Below are positions 18,111 through 36,786 of a DNA stretch of 64,000 nt, one piece after another (within the stretch, counting starts at the first letter, position 1; every line of letters begins with the position of its first letter). The notes beneath the pieces are model-generated. The model ran no database searches, was not told where the DNA came from, and was given only the letters and a program-made list of their open reading frames with translations. The stretch is from the human T2T-CHM13v2.0 reference genome, Homo sapiens. Location: the NCBI RefSeq assembly GCF_009914755.1, contig NC_060943.1; one strand, given 5' to 3'. The position numbers and the translations under genes are program-made.

Positions 18111-18564
18111 ATTGTCGGTGGAAAATAAGGATGCACCCATTATTTTATAACGTTATAAATGTACTTCAAATAATTAAAAATAAATTATCAAATACAGCAA
18201 TTCCATTTATGAATCTATATCTAAAATATGCAACATAGGACCTTGAAGACATGTTCGATACAATGAAATATTATTCAGCCTTAAAAAAAAATCTTCTCAC
18301 ATTTAAAGATACACTCTGAGAATATTATGTCAACTGAAATAAGCCATAATGAAATGATGGATGTTATGATTTCACTTATTTAAGACATATAAAATAGTCT
18401 CATTCATAAAAACAGAGTGTGGAAGGGCGGTTCTCAAGGGATGGAGAGAGTGTAAAATGGATAAACGTTATTTAATGATACTGAGTTTTAGTTTTACAAG
18501 ATGTAAAATTTCAAGAAGTCTTTTGCATAACAATGTGAATATACATGACATGCCTAAAATATAC

Positions 18565-18876
18565 ATTTTGTTTTTGTTTTTGTTTTCAGACTGGGTCTCA
18601 ATCTGTCACCCAAGATTGTGTGCAATGGCGCAATTATGGCTCACTGCAGCCTCAGATTCCCAGGGTCAAATAATCCTGCCCCTCAATCTCTCAAGTAGCT
18701 GGGACCACAGGTGCACACCACCGTGCCTAGCTATTTCTTAGAAAAAAAATATTATTAGAGAGGGTGTCTCCATATTTTGCCGAGGCTGGTCTCAAACTTT
18801 TGGGTTCAAGAAATCCCCCTGTCCTTGCCTCTCAAAATCCTGGTTTTACAGATGTGAGCCACCACCATGCCTGGCC
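18565..18876 (-). mobile_element. AluJ-like
   Basis: Reverse Alu consensus. Confidence 0.85.
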
Positions 18877-19122
18877 CTGACATGTACATTTAAATAGATT
18901 TAAGAAGGTAAATTATGTTATGTGTTTTTACAACATTTTTTTTTTTAAAACTGGAAAAAATACAGAATTATAAATCTTTTTAAAAATTACCTTCGGATCA
19001 CAAAAGTGTTTCTCTCACACAAAGGAAATACATATTCATCATTAAACACATGGTGAAAATAAGACTATTTCCAAGGCCACTCACTTAGAAAAGATAAAAC
19101 CAACATTGAAAATGAGCTAAGA

Positions 19123-19435
19123 GGCAGGGCAAGGTGGCTCATGCCTGTAATCCCAGCATTTTTGGTGGCCAACGTGGGCAGATCATCTGAGATCAGAAAT
19201 TCCAGACCAGCATGACAAACATGGAGAAAGCCCATCTTTACTAAAAAAAAAAAAAAAATACAAAAGTATCTGGGTGTGGTGGCATATACCTGTAATCCCA
19301 GCTACTAAGGAGCCTGAGGCAGGAGAATCACTTGAACCAGGGAGGCGGAGGTTGCAGTGAGACGAGATCCTGCATTGCACTCCAGGCTCAGCAACAAGAG
19401 CAAAACTCCATTTCCAAAAAAAAAAAAGAAAGAAA
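19123..19435 (+). mobile_element. AluS (Sp-like)
   Basis: TSD GAAAATGAGCTAAGA. Confidence 0.9.
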
Positions 19436-21614
19436 ATGAGCTAAGAATGTATGAATGTATACAAGATAAGGTATAGCCAAAATTGGGGTCATATTTGCAG
19501 ATAAAAACACACACATATATATAATTTGATTGTGATACACATGGCTCATTTATCTTTTAATTAAAACTTACATTAACTTAAAGTATACAAACAACTGCTA
19601 ATTGTCTAAAATTATAATACTTAAATAATAGCAATAGACACAATAAACTGATGTTAACAAACTTACACTAAAAAGCACACTAACTGCAAGTACAACTGCA
19701 AGACAATAATAACAGAAATGCTTAGTCATAAAATCTAGTTGGCAACATTAATGTACATTAACAAATAATTTGTCTAGATAACTGCAATGTTTGACTGTAA
19801 CTGTGCATTCATGGAAGGCAGGCATTTGAAATTACTGGCATCCATTTTATGGCAATAAAATTTCAGAGAAAATGCAGAACAATCATAAATGGGAGATGCT
19901 AATGAGAAACTTTTAATAGATTTAAGCATTTAAAAAAACTAGTGCCAATTTTTACGTTTTAAATATACGCTATTTTTAAACAAAATATAACTACTGTAAT
20001 CCAAGTTTAGAAGCAAAGAAAATCCTTACACTGCTTTTATATATATATACACATATATATGTATATATATACACATATGGTCAGAGCCTCCTATATAAAA
20101 TGAATATTTGGGGAATAAATTATGTTATTATTTAGATATAGGCTGATAAATTTGTTGAAAATTCTATAATTCCTTTTTGTCTGCCTGCACACTAATTATC
20201 TAATTTAATTCAGGCACAACATGTAAATTCTAGTATAGTACCCTAAATTTCTGAATCTAAAATTACAGACAAATTTGAAGTAGAAAATAGAAAGTAAAAA
20301 TGTATATGGAGAGTGACATTAATAAGATTTTTTTAAAAAGGTGCCCTACTTGCTTATCCCCTGAAAGCAAGAAAATTTGTCAGCCATTCCTGATAAAAAC
20401 GCCTTTATGAGAGAACCAGGCATCATGGTTCACACCTGTAATGACAACTACGTGGCAAAATAAAGTAGGAGAATTGCCTGCAGTCAAAATATTAAGACCT
20501 TTCTGGGTTATGTAGGAAGACCCCCATTTCAAAAATAAGTGCTTTTAAAAGAGCTCTGAGATCCAGGAAGGGAGCTGTGAAACTCTGCTGAAGCCCAAGA
20601 CTGAAGGTAATTCTGTTTAGAAGACAGGCCCTCATTCAGGTGGCAAACTACAGGACTACTGTTTTTGGCTACAGACAAGAAAACGTTCCACCTAACTTGG
20701 TTCCACTGAGAATTTTAAACTTACTCTGTAACAATCCCAAACTCTTCCCAGCCATAGTCTGGGGGAGGTCTTGCCCTTCCAGAGGCCTGGAGGAAGACCT
20801 GCATTTATAGCCATGCAGTAGGCCTACAGACCTTTGCCTTTACTGTGGTCCCTGAAGCAGTTCCATGATGCAGTTCCAGCTCCCTGAGCCACAGTTCATG
20901 GCCGGTTCTGCCCATGTAGAAACCCAAAGTGACCTGGGAAAATTCTCTCTTGTACTTGGTGAAAGCCATGCTCATCCACATCCTGATATAAAGCCCACCA
21001 TATGCAGGCCTGACTGCAGAAACCTGCCCTTGGGTTTGCCCTGCAGAGCACCTAAGTCCTGAAGGATATTCACTCTGTCCAAAAATTAAATGAGAATTAC
21101 AACTATCCAAGCCCCTTTTAACAAGACCACTTAAATGGATTCTTGTGCAAATCCAGAAGGCTTAAAACCAACCTAAAACCCCTCTTCACTACAAACCCAG
21201 AGGCATTCTATCACTCTGGTGGCCTAATAAAAATAGATTTTTCCTTTCTGAAACCAGTTTATAAAATCCTGAAGAGGTGTTTGCTCCTTCAAATTTACAC
21301 ACACCAATGCAAAACTATTGTTTCTTATTGTCAATGCTTCTATTTTAACATTGCACTGAAGGCATGTGAAAGAAGAAATAGTCAAAAGAAAAATTTAAAG
21401 TCATTGAAGTTGAAGTGCAGTAAGTAAAACGTTTGTTTGTAGATCATGTAATATTAATATATAAAAAATAAAAAGTACATAAAAACCTGTTTAAACTAAT
21501 GAATACACTCAGTTAATTAGCAAAATATAAAATTAACATACAATTCTGAGTAATCATTCCATACACTTAAAACAAACTCTCTGACAGAGGAAAAAACAAT
21601 CTTATTTATGATAG

Positions 21615-21952
<338 letters not shown>

Positions 21953-22147
21953 AGAGCTCATAAATCTTTTAAATGAAAGATATATCAATAAAAAAATTAG
22001 GAAACAAATAAATTTAAAAATATTTTATTTCTATTGAAAGAATAAGAATTGTGAAAATGCCATATTATCCAAAGTGATCTCTAGATTCAATAAACTCCCT
22101 ATCAAAATTCCAGATGTGATGCAAAAAGAGAACTTAAAAATAGTTTA

Positions 22148-22462
<315 letters not shown>

Positions 22463-22791
22463 AATGGTTTAACAGAGTATCTCAAAATTATGCAGATATG
22501 TATCTGTCCACAAAAACAAGAAGTCAGATTGTGCACTCTTTTATATGCCATGAACAGTACTTTGGCTGTCACTGTAAACTTCAACGAAGATCACTGAAGG
22601 GAAAGTAGAATTCTTAGAGATTTTATAAGCATAAGCAGAAGATGGCCCTATGTGAGAGTGTAATTTTTAAACAATTTCAGGCTTCCCAGAAACTATTTCC
22701 TTAGGAACACAGCTTCCCAAATCGCTTTAAAGACTTACTTTCTTCTTGACTTTGGACCTCTCATCCATGTCGTCTGTTGTATTCACTCTCA

Positions 22792-22926
<135 letters not shown>

Positions 22927-23338
22927 TCATATTCTCCAATTACCGACTTAGTAATGTGCTCAGTAAAAAGGATATAATAGATTATTCTAATAAGTTTATC
23001 CCAATATACTAATTTATAACAGAAATTTTTAAATATTTAGAAAATATTTTAATTTTGTAGGTTCTTAATTTCAGTGCCTGCCACTGCTGAATAAAAAAAT
23101 TGGTGAAGCAGATAGATTTTAAGGTGTGAATAATATTTTATGCCACTAAGCTTCTGAAATTACCACTAATCTAAAATGAAGGACACAGATCAGCTCAGGA
23201 ATGTGGAAAGTTCAGGTCAAGATGAAACATCTTCAATAAATTTTTTCTAAACAGACAACTCCCCAGGATTTTCTTGATAACAGAAATATGAAAGCATAAG
23301 TACCAGAAAACATTCTACAAAGAGAAATGAAATTTTTA

Positions 23339-23530
<192 letters not shown>

Positions 23531-24347
23531 TTACAAAGTGGCTATGAATAGAATTTTTTATTTGACACAAGGTAAAATCAGAAAGTGAATAGAACTGGTT
23601 CTGACTTAAAAGAATGATTGAAACTATCCAATAAAATAATTGTCAACACACAAACGTTTTCTAAGGTATTCTCTAACTATGAGATAAGAGAGTGGCATAA
23701 TATCCACAACCTCAGTGTATATGTGATACTTGTCTGAATGACAAAAGTGTAAAATTGAGGGCATATCACGAACATGTACATTTTTGAGTGCTATATTTAC
23801 ATAATAGAGAATTAGTTGTGTATATTTTTCAGAAGAAAAAGACATAGTTTATATATTTCAGACAAAATAGACATGTTGAGTTAGACGGTACCACTCAAAT
23901 TTTAATGTGTACAATAAACTGGACATCTTATTAAGGCAGATTATTTTTTCAGGAGATCTGAAATAAAGTCTGAGGTACTAGGCTCTACCAAGCTCACCAG
24001 TTATGCCAATGGTTTGGCACCAAAATACTATTTTGTCAAACATCCAGTAAGTGGAAGAGCCTGTGTTTTTTTTCAGTTTTTCTGGCCTGTAAACAAAGAT
24101 GAGAATTTCATTTACCAAAGAAAGATAAATGCAAAGAAAACCTTTAAAAAAAAAAAAAGCAGCTGCCAGATTAAATGTGATGGTTTATGCACATCAACTG
24201 CATAAAAATACTTAATGAAGAGAAAAATAACTCTATAGTGAAAAACTCTGTAAGAGAGTTTATTAAGTGAGTTATTAACATCAACTGCACTAGGAAAACT
24301 TTTTATAGTGTGCTGATCCACCCAGAAGGACACAGCATCACTACTGA

Positions 24348-24742
<395 letters not shown>

Positions 24743-24894
24743 TATGTTCTAACATTTTTAACAGTCATTTTAAGTAGTTCTTTCTTTAGCACCCTAATAA
24801 GCAGTTATCTCCTGGTATTTTTTCAGAACTTTCCAGGTAATAAATGCCAACCTATTTAAATGAGCATTTTCTTAACCGTGTAATGCATAGAGTT

Positions 24895-25300
24895 TGAACA
24901 CAGTATAAGAAATTCTTCTTCAAATGTTTAGCTAGCTTAAGTTTCTTTGCCCTTCTGTTCCCTGTTTTCAAGGCCAGACTTTCTTATTCTGTATGTTCCC
25001 CCTGCCCTGGTAAACAACCTTCTCCCAGTTTTTATCTATGGAGCCCACATTCCAAATCTATTATCGACTCTGTGAATTTCCCCTCCCATCGCAATGGCTA
25101 CTTCCGCCGAAACTGATCTTCCTGCCTTCCCAACCGTATAACTGCATTCCTGCATTTTTCAAGTTAGCCAAATGGGTTTAGTTTAGATTATGCAGTCCAA
25201 CTCCAGCCAGCGGAGGCAGGACACAGTAACAAGAAAAAGCTGCATCAGAGGTAATAAAAAACCCCTACTTTCCTTTGTTCATGTGCACCCTCCTGCAGCG
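24895..25300 (+). mobile_element. Probable ERV1-class LTR fragment
   Basis: LTR-like composition, AATAAA at ~25254; family not identified. Confidence 0.4.
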
Positions 25301-25528
25301 TAAGCTTTAATTTCCATATCAGAGTTATTAACTTGGTTTTTGAAACTAAAACTAAGTGTTAGAAACATTCAGCAAAATTACTCAAACACAGTGTTCATGT
25401 AACGGAAGAACATTTTAAGGCGCTTACACTTTATACCTCAAAGAATAGCAAAAGTATTTATTCCTTTCAGGCAATAAATGTATTATTTTATTATTTGTAT
25501 TAAAACTCATGTAGGAAACAATTAGTCA

Positions 25529-25825
<297 letters not shown>

Positions 25826-25914
25826 TTAGTCACTTGGAAACACTTATAGGAGGCACCAATTTTCATTACATAAAATTTAGCAATAAACTCAAAAATCAAA
25901 ATAACAGGATACAG

Positions 25915-26210
25915 GGCCAGGCATGGTGGCTCACGCCTGTAATCCCAGCACTTTCGGAAGTCGAGGTGGATGTATCACTTGAGGCCAGGAGTTCAAGACC
26001 GGCCTAACATGGTGAAAACCCATCTCTGCTAAAAACACAAAACGTAGCCGGGTGTGGTGGCACATGTTTGTAGTGCCAGCTACTCAGGAGGCTGAGGCAG
26101 GAGAATCGCTTGAACCTGGGAAGCGAAAGTGGCAGTGAGCTGAGATTGCACTCCAGCCTGGGCATCGTTGTGAGACTCTATCTTAAAAAAAAACACACAC
26201 ACACACAAAA
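25915..26210 (+). mobile_element. AluS
   Basis: Alu consensus, TSD-like AACAGGATA. Confidence 0.9.
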
Positions 26211-26555
26211 ACAGGATATAGAACAAAGATATTCACGGTCAAAAATTTACCCTGCTAACAAAAGGAACTGAAGTTTTCAGGAATCTATGTAACTAACCAG
26301 TTACCAACCACATTTTGTGTGTGTGTGTGTGGAAATGTATTCATTGTCTATAGCTGAAATTGAAGAGAAATTTTTCTTTGTTTTCTTCCTTGGTAGCTAC
26401 CATTCTAAAAGCTAGATGGACTGTATGAAATCACTCTGCCATAAAAACACACACCTGAGAAAATTTCTAAACTCACTCTGAGAAAGAAAAAAGTAAGTGA
26501 AAATTTTCAACAAACAAAATGTATTATTAGATATTAATGTTTTTAAGACTCACCT

Positions 26556-26853
26556 GCCAGGCGCGGTGGCTCACGCCTGTAATCCCAGCACTTTGGGAGG
26601 CTGAGGAGGGCGAATCATCTGAGGTCAGGAGTTCGAGACCAGCCTGACCAACATGGAGAAACCCTGTCTTTACTAAAAATATAAAAAATTAGCCGGGCTT
26701 GGCAGCATATGCCTGTAATCCCAGCTACTCAGGAGGCTGAAGCAAGAGAATCACTTGAACCCAGGAGGTGGAGGTTGCAGTGAGCCAAGATGGCACCATT
26801 GCACTCCTGCCTGGGCAACAAGAGTGAAACTGTCTCAATTAAAAAAAAAAAAA
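26556..26853 (+). mobile_element. AluS (Sp-like)
   Basis: TSD AAGACTCACCT. Confidence 0.9.
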
Positions 26854-26939
26854 AGACTCACCTTTTTTATGTCCTTTGTAAATATTTTCTTACCTTTCAA
26901 GCTCTACTACTAAAATGCAATATACAATTAAAAAAAAAC

Positions 26940-27232
26940 AGCTGGGCACAGTGGCTAACACCTGTAATCTCAGCACTTTGGAAGGCCCAGGCAGGTAAGT
27001 CACTTGAGGCCAGAAGTTTGAGATCAGCCTGGCTAACATGGTGAAACTCTGACTCTACTAAATATACAAAACCCAGCAGGGAGTGGTGGTCAACACCTGT
27101 ACTCCCAGCTACTTGGGAGGCTGAAGCATCACCCGAACTTGGGATTTAGAGGTTTCAGTGAGCAGAGATGGCACCACTTCACTCCAGCCTGGGTGACAGA
27201 GGAAAACTCTGTCTTAAAAAATAAATAAATAA
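26940..27232 (+). mobile_element. AluS/J
   Basis: Alu consensus. Confidence 0.85.
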
Positions 27233-28108
27233 ACCTTAGGTAAATTAAGTGAATAAATCTTTTCAAGGTACAGATATGTCTTATTCATGTGTCACATCAG
27301 GCCATTCCGTTACTTGAGAGATTGCCCCACCCCACCCTGCACACTTAAGTGCTCAATAACCCTGTCTCAGGAGACTCTGAACTATGACCCAGAGAGTGCC
27401 TCAGGCACATTTTACTCTGCAAGTTCTTACACCATCTCAATGGAGTCAGCTTTTTGGGGTTTGGTGGTTTTCTTGTCTTTGGAGTGCTGATTTTTTTTCT
27501 AGAATTTTTTTACTGTTTTTCTTGTACTATTTTTCTGTCCCCTAAAGGAATCCAGGACACAGAAATTATTTTTCTCCTCAATACTGGTATCTGATTGGCT
27601 GACCAGCAATGAGTCTCCAAGAAATGAAAGTTGGGTTGGATGAAGACAATATTAATGTCTCAAGGGGTTAACTTTGAAAAAAAAAAAAAGTACACCAGGA
27701 AATGCCTCTTAGCCTGAGGGCATCCATGTGTGCACTTGAGAAGCTACACTCAATACCTCAGGTTGCCCTATGAGCAAATAAGCCCCAGGGCTGATATTCA
27801 CTAGAGACTCTAGCAGACATAGTTATGGTAGGTATTGTGGTTTTTCCCATACAATACTGAAATCCAGGTCCAAGAAAACCGGAAGGGTGACTGAAAACAC
27901 ATCACCCTATAATGTTTCTAAAAAAAAAACTTGACCCAAAAACATTCTGATAAGATATCTGTGTCAACGGAAAATAGAAGGAAAAAAAACCCACAGAGAT
28001 ATTTTACAATAGTGTCAGATTATTCTTTGCTTAACTCTCATAGGAAATATGTACAAAAAAAATCTTTTTAAATGTGCCATCAAATGCTTTGTCAAAAAAT
28101 AATTAATT

Positions 28109-28719
<611 letters not shown>

Positions 28720-28942
28720 GATTAATTAAAATAGGTATTAAAATGTATACTAAATGACAAATTGTTGATAAAGTGAATTAGGGAGGGGAAATTGGTATTT
28801 GGGAATGTCAGACGAAACTGAAAATTTAGTATTTTACTGCAAGCCAGAGTCAGACTGGAGGAATAGGTGATGAGGAGTGAACTTGAGGCCCTGCTTGTGA
28901 CACGTGTGAAAAATTCAGAAAAAAAATCAGTCCCCTGTGGAG

Positions 28943-29635
<693 letters not shown>

Positions 29636-29868
29636 AATTTTTAATAGAAAAAAAGGGCCTGGGAATCCCACGGACAAAAAGCTCTTCCCATTCGTGAACC
29701 TGCACCCCGAATCAGGATTCTGCCCTGACCTTCCTCCCATGGTACTTGCACAATCTGGGAGAGATGCGGGGCTGCGGGTCCAGAGCTGCCCAGAGAGGGC
29801 TCCAGGCCAGGACATGGTCACTGCGCAGGGAAGAGACAGGCCGTCTGGGGGGCCCGGCTGTCAGTGCA

Positions 29869-29879
29869 GCCGCCATCTT
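29869..29879 (-). promoter_or_regulatory. YY1 consensus site in proximal intron 1
   Basis: AAGATGGCGGC on the minus strand. Confidence 0.65.
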
Positions 29880-30034
29880 ATGGCTGAAGGGGACTGAGGC
29901 CGAGCTGGGCAAGGAGAACTCTGGGCGCAGATTGTGGAGATGACTGCGGAGAGGCCTGAGTCCCATCAACCGCTTCCCACCGGTTCCAACCAGGCTCGTC
30001 CCTTCTCTCGGGATGTCGGACTCAGCACTTTCAC

Positions 30035-30200
30035 CATTTCTAGGCTTCCAGGGGGTCCTCGTGTCTCAGCTGTGAATGTCCAATACCTGCAGGTCACAGG
30101 GCCACAGAGGCTGGGCCTCTAAAAGCAGAAGACACAGAGGAATGAGGACAACACCAGGAGGAACGACTGAAGCCAGAGGCAAAGGCCCCACCAAATACCG
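30035..30200 (-). other. ZNF exon 1 (5'UTR plus ATG at 30037-30035); TSS approximate
   Basis: Minus strand CCCCTGGAAGCCTAGAAATG|GTGAAAG, the family-typical exon 1 end with a GT donor at 30034-30033. Confidence 0.85.
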
Positions 30201-30290
30201 GAAGCCGCCCTGTTCCCTCCAGCTGTGTGTCTGATTGGACAGTTCCCAGGACAGCGTCCCTGATTGGATAACGTTTAAGACCCCCGCCTT
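30195..30290 (-). promoter_or_regulatory. ZNF core promoter: ETS motif, two CCAAT boxes, GC box
   Basis: CCGGAAG at 30198; CTGATTGG at 30231 and 30260 (29 bp apart); CCCCCGCC at 30281; locally GC/CpG-enriched 29690-30300. Confidence 0.75.
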
Positions 30291-30391
30291 CTCAGGCCCT
30301 GAGTGATGGAAGATGTGGTCAGAGGTTGGACTGAAAGAAGAAAGATTGACAGCCTAAGTTGTAGCCTTTTCAGGCAAGGTTTCTTCCCTGA

Positions 30392-31000
<609 letters not shown>

Positions 31001-32391
31001 ATATTTTCCCCCTTGTTTTACAAGAGGATCCTTAATCCTAAGAGTTGCAGAGAGACAAAGATTCACCTTCTGTAAATTTTTCAGGCTGAGTAGGGGCGAT
31101 GATATTCCTGACTAACTGTTGGGGCCTCTTGCATTCAGAGTAGAGAGAAACTCAGTCAGACAGTGTTTGTATAGTGAAGGTCGTTCATAACTTCAAGTTC
31201 CAAAAAAAGGTGATTACTGGAAGACTAATAAATGTCCAATTCAAGAAAGCATTTAGTGAGCTTGTCTTGCATTTCTACACAAAGAGTAAAACCACAATAT
31301 ATTTCACAACAGCAAAGCAAAATTAGTAAAATTATCCCAGGTAAACTAAACAGGAAGGCTCTGCAAGAAGTGGGCAGTTGTTGGAACCAAGCTGATACGT
31401 GGTTGACTGATAGTGCATAAAAATGGCAGAGATATGAGTGCTTAAAACTTTTATAGCCTGGGTAATATTATGTGAATAGTCTGAAGCATACACACAACAT
31501 TTGGTTTTGATCAAAGCACAGGTTTCCTTTTGGGTCTCTGTTAAAATGTCTGCATGCCCAACAGTTTGTTTGATTATGTAGAGAGGATGAAGTCTGTGCT
31601 CACTCAGTAAATAAGTTACTCTCTGCATGATTCCAACTTATACCCAAAAGTAGAATGCCAGTCTATATCTTTATGTTACCTATCCCTTTCATTTCTTCTG
31701 AACAGGAGTCAAAGGTCACTGGCTCATGGGAATAAACAGGATCAGTCTCTTGTGTTCCGCCAGCCTATAGGACTTCATAAGAGACAGGTTTAATTTGAGA
31801 TAAGTGGACCCAGCTGTTTATTCCCAGAATTTTTAACTGCAGTTGGGGTACTAAAGAGAACTTGGTAAGGTCCCTTCCATTTTGGGGAAAGTTGACCTGC
31901 TGGGGATCCTTCTTTCCAAGTTTTTCATAGGACCAAATTTCCTGGCTGGGTTATAAAAAGATTATCTTCCTTAGTTGGGAAAGGGAGTCTTTGATTTTCA
32001 TATTCAGAGTGTGTTTTGTGCTTGTCACATAATTCTGTAGCTTGAAAGTATCTGTGTCTATTAGAAGGTATGTAGCTGAGAAAGGCCTTGCATGCATTAT
32101 TTCAAAAGAGCTGAGCTGCAGATTTCCCTTAGCGGCCACTGGAATCTGTAATAAGGCTACAGATAGTAAAGACAGTGAGGTCTTTGATGTTTCTTGGCAT
32201 AGCATAGCAAGAGTCCTCTTTTGAGTTTGATTAGCTATTTTTACTTTCACCAAAGACTGTGGCCTTCATGCTGAGTGAAGGCATTACTAAATTTCTAGGG
32301 CTCAAGATATGTTCTGTGTAATTGTCACTGTGAAAGATAGGCCTTTATCTCTCTGTAAGCTCTTAGGCAGCCCAAATCTAGGAATTATTTC

Positions 32392-32722
<331 letters not shown>

Positions 32723-33479
32723 TAGTAGGAATTTAGGAACCTCAATTGCCTTTTCAGACCGGGTAGGAAAAGCCTTGATCCAAACAGTAAATGTGTCAAT
32801 GAATACTAATAAATATTTAAACCTTTTACATGGGGGCATCTAAGTATAGTCTATTTGCCATCTTTACCACGGTACATTCCTCTATGCTGAACAGGCCTTA
32901 CTAAAGGAGGAGATAAACATTGGTTGGTCATTTGCGTTATTCCAGGCACATAGTTCACAGGCTCGAATTACCGGGTTTACTGTTTTAAGTAATCCTTTTT
33001 CTATAAAAGGCCAACATTAATTGAAACAGGGAATCTCTTCCCAAATGAACAGAGTCATACAAATGTTTAACTATTTTTCACTGATTAGCACCTCGCATCA
33101 ACAGTTTATCAGGAGTGTCTAGCAAAATGCCTGATATTTCAATAAGCATCCCCCTGTCATCCACTGGTGTCCTTTAGCTTCTAGGACTCCTTGTACTTGG
33201 TGTGGGTTTAAACCTCAGGGTGTTGTTCTAAAGCCAGTTTATTGGCTTTATCTACCAAAAGAGAAGTTGCTGCAACTGCCCTGAGGCATCCAGGCATGAC
33301 AAGAAAGTTATGTAAGAAAACCAAAGTCTCTAAAAAACAGCTTACAGAATAGATAAAATGGCATCTATGGGCTTCTCAATCTATCCCTGTGACCATACAG
33401 TTTTGGGGTGACAGAAACCCATTATAATGGGTCAAAACAGAGTAAGCAGTACAGAAGAAAGTTTATATATATATATATA

Positions 33480-33722
<243 letters not shown>

Positions 33723-35659
33723 TGAAAGTTAATATTCTTACCTGCCATGGTGAAGGTTACCAAGGCTTCTCCAGATAATATGGCTAGTTGTCTGATTGGA
33801 GCTTTGGTGGAAGGTCTCGGGCCCCATCACTTTTGGGCACTTGCCTGGCTGTTTAACTCATCATTAGTTAGGGTGCCGATGGCTCTCTTCAGAACACTGG
33901 ATTATCCCTCTTCCAATGGCCAGTTTTCTTACAGTGTGCACCCTGATTTATGCCCAAGGCACAGTGACTCAGATGGCCAGCTTTGGTCTTCCCACCTTTC
34001 AGTTTCTATTGTTCAGGCCAAGACTCAGGAGGCAGCCCCATGTGGGAGGTTAGCTTAAGGTTGCAACCAAGAGCTGCACCTTGTGGGAGGTCCTTCTTGC
34101 TCTTTTTGCTTCCTCTACTTTTTCCCTGTTATTAAAAACTAAAAATGCCATATCCAAAGCTGTTCCATAGAAGTTTGGGGACCCACAGCTGCTTTTACTA
34201 GTTTTCTATGGTATCAGGGGCAGACTGGGTTATAAAATGGACTCCCAGAAGTGTTTATCTTTTCCTTGAGGCAGGATCACTGTTAGTATATCTCCTGGTT
34301 GCCTCAACTAAACACTATTGAAACAGAGCTGGATTCTCATCTTTGCCCTGAGAAACTTCGTTAACCTTTTCACTTTTAACAGGCTATTTCATGCCTTTCT
34401 TCATCTCTTCCAAAAAACAAGTGACCATATGATCTCTTCTCCCAAGTCCTCACTGCCCCTGTGATAGTTCCACTCTAGAACTTGATCTGGAACTGCTATA
34501 CCTCCTGTCTGATATATATTATGGTTCTGGTTGTGAGCCAATATCTCATCTGCATGGGTCCTAGCTGTCCTGAAAATGCATTGTTTCTTTTCCACTGTAT
34601 AACACAGAGACAACAAAACATACAGATCCTGCCAAGTTAAACTAGAGATCAAAGTTAACTTCTCAAACTCATCTGTGAATTTTCCTGGATATTCAGAGAA
34701 ATAACCAAACTTGTCTTATATAGAGCCAAACCAGACATAGAAAAGGGGCCATGTCTTCTCACAGGCCTTTTTCTCCATTTGCAACCTCTCTAAGTGGACA
34801 AACATTTCCCTTTGGAGGTTGATAGGCAGCTCCACTATGAGTAGTACTCACTGAGCTCAGTTATTCAAGGAGTGGTGGGTATAGAATGGGACTAGATGGG
34901 TAAGGAAGAGGGATGAAGGGTCCTCAATAGAACTTTCAGGTGGACTAGGGGTAGAAAGGATGGACACAGCTGAACCTTTAGAGCTGACAGAAAGAGGTTC
35001 TGTTTCACCCCAAAATGCCCACTGAACCAAGTGGCCGGGGGTGGGGGGGGGCTTGCAATAAAGGATCAGCTTGTCTGTCTAAATTTTTTTCTTCTACTTC
35101 TCTCAGGAAACATGTCCATGCCTGCTGCAGGGTTTCATTCTGACTGAGCAGCAAAAATGCTTGAACATGAAGTATTTTATCCTATTTTCCCTACCACTTA
35201 CAGAACAAATCGAGTTGAACTACAGTATAAGTACCCATTAGAGGCAATTTTTCTTGTATCTTTCTGAAATTGTTTGCTGCTTTTCCATGCAGATCATCCT
35301 TAAGAAAGTGTACAATCTTAGCCCAATCTGCAATCTCTGTTCCTGAGGTTTTAGTAACATGATGTTTCTCTTTTGTTGTAGACAGCACTGAAGATGAGTT
35401 TTCATCCCAGGGAACAGAAAGACAAAAGGTCAAGATGTGCTTCAAAAAGCTGGTGAGGGGCATTGGGTCAGGAAAGGCCAGGCTGTCTAAGCATTCAGAG
35501 ACCCCCTGTGCAACTGTCCTTGCAATTAGGAGCCAGGCCCCAAAAACCTTCCCACTGCGTGTGTCTTTGACCTGTGCTAGGTCCTGCTGTTGATTAGTGT
35601 TCCCTACTGAGCAGTTAACCTATGGTTTGAGTATTTACACCCAGGAGAATGTTGCAGGC

Positions 35660-36347
35660 CAGCCCTCAGTCAACTTAAAATAATCAAAAAGGTTAAAATG
35701 TAATCTGAAATACATTTACTCAAGGTCAGATATTGAGGATGACCACCAGGAAAACAAATTTAAGTTGCCCTGGATATATATTTCAATTAGCAGCCATTCA
35801 AAGCAAGTCTTTTCAAAAAAATGAGAAGGCAGTTCCTAAGTTGTTAACCAAGAATTCATATTTAAATGCATAAGCTATTGATTGGCTATATATATTCTTT
35901 TGTTTTACAAATTCCAGAAATAATGGATGAGACTGCTAGTCAGAAACAAAATGTCTATAAACAATTGCCCCTAATCCCAGCATTCTGGGAGGCCTAAGTG
36001 GGCGGATCACCTGAGGCCAGCAATTGGAGACCAGCCTGGTCAAAATGGTAAAACCCCATCTCTACTAAATATACAAAAATTAGCTGGGTGTGGTTTCATG
36101 TGCCTGTAATCCCAGCTACTTGTGAGGCTGAGACAGAAGAATCATTTGAACTCAGGAGGCAGAGGTTGTAATGAACCAAGATCATGCCACTGCAGTCCAG
36201 CCTGGGTGACAAAGTGAGACTTCATCTCAAACAAACACACAAAAAAAGAATTTCCCCTGTGTAAAGTTCCACACTTTCATCTCCCTGGTCTTGATAAATT
36301 GTGCAGACCTTACAGAGCTGAGACTGCTCTGAGCTATTTTTATTTTC
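35660..36347 (-). mobile_element. ERV1 LTR (MER72-like), interrupted by an Alu
   Basis: Reverse strand begins GTGAAAATAAAAATAGCTCAGAGCAGTCTCAGCTCTGTAAGG. Confidence 0.5.
35970..36246 (+). mobile_element. AluS, 5'-truncated
   Basis: Alu consensus. Confidence 0.88.
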
Positions 36348-36786
36348 ACCTCCTTGCTCCGGACACATGAACTATTAACAATAAAAAGAATTTACATAAG
36401 AATCTTGGCAAGCCACAAGAATAATGCCAGGAGGTGACCTCCAGGAACCTGGCTGTCACCTTCTTTTCCCACCTTACCCTCCACTCCTCTTACACACACA
36501 CACCCTGGATCACAAGACCAACAAAACCACTCCATCAGCCACAGACAGAGAAGCCACAGAAGAACCCAGAACCACTGCATGGCCCCCTTGGACCACCCTA
36601 GAATGAACAGCCATTGTTAACATTCAGGAGCCGTTTATTCCCATCTTCACACTACACTAAATAACTTTCAAGAGTCACAAGATAAACTGGCTGAAAGCTG
36701 ATGCTTGGAACATCCCACATCCCCCAGGAGCTCAGTGCTGCAGTCTCAGGTACAAACCTGCCCATCAGCCATTCAAATGAAACAAT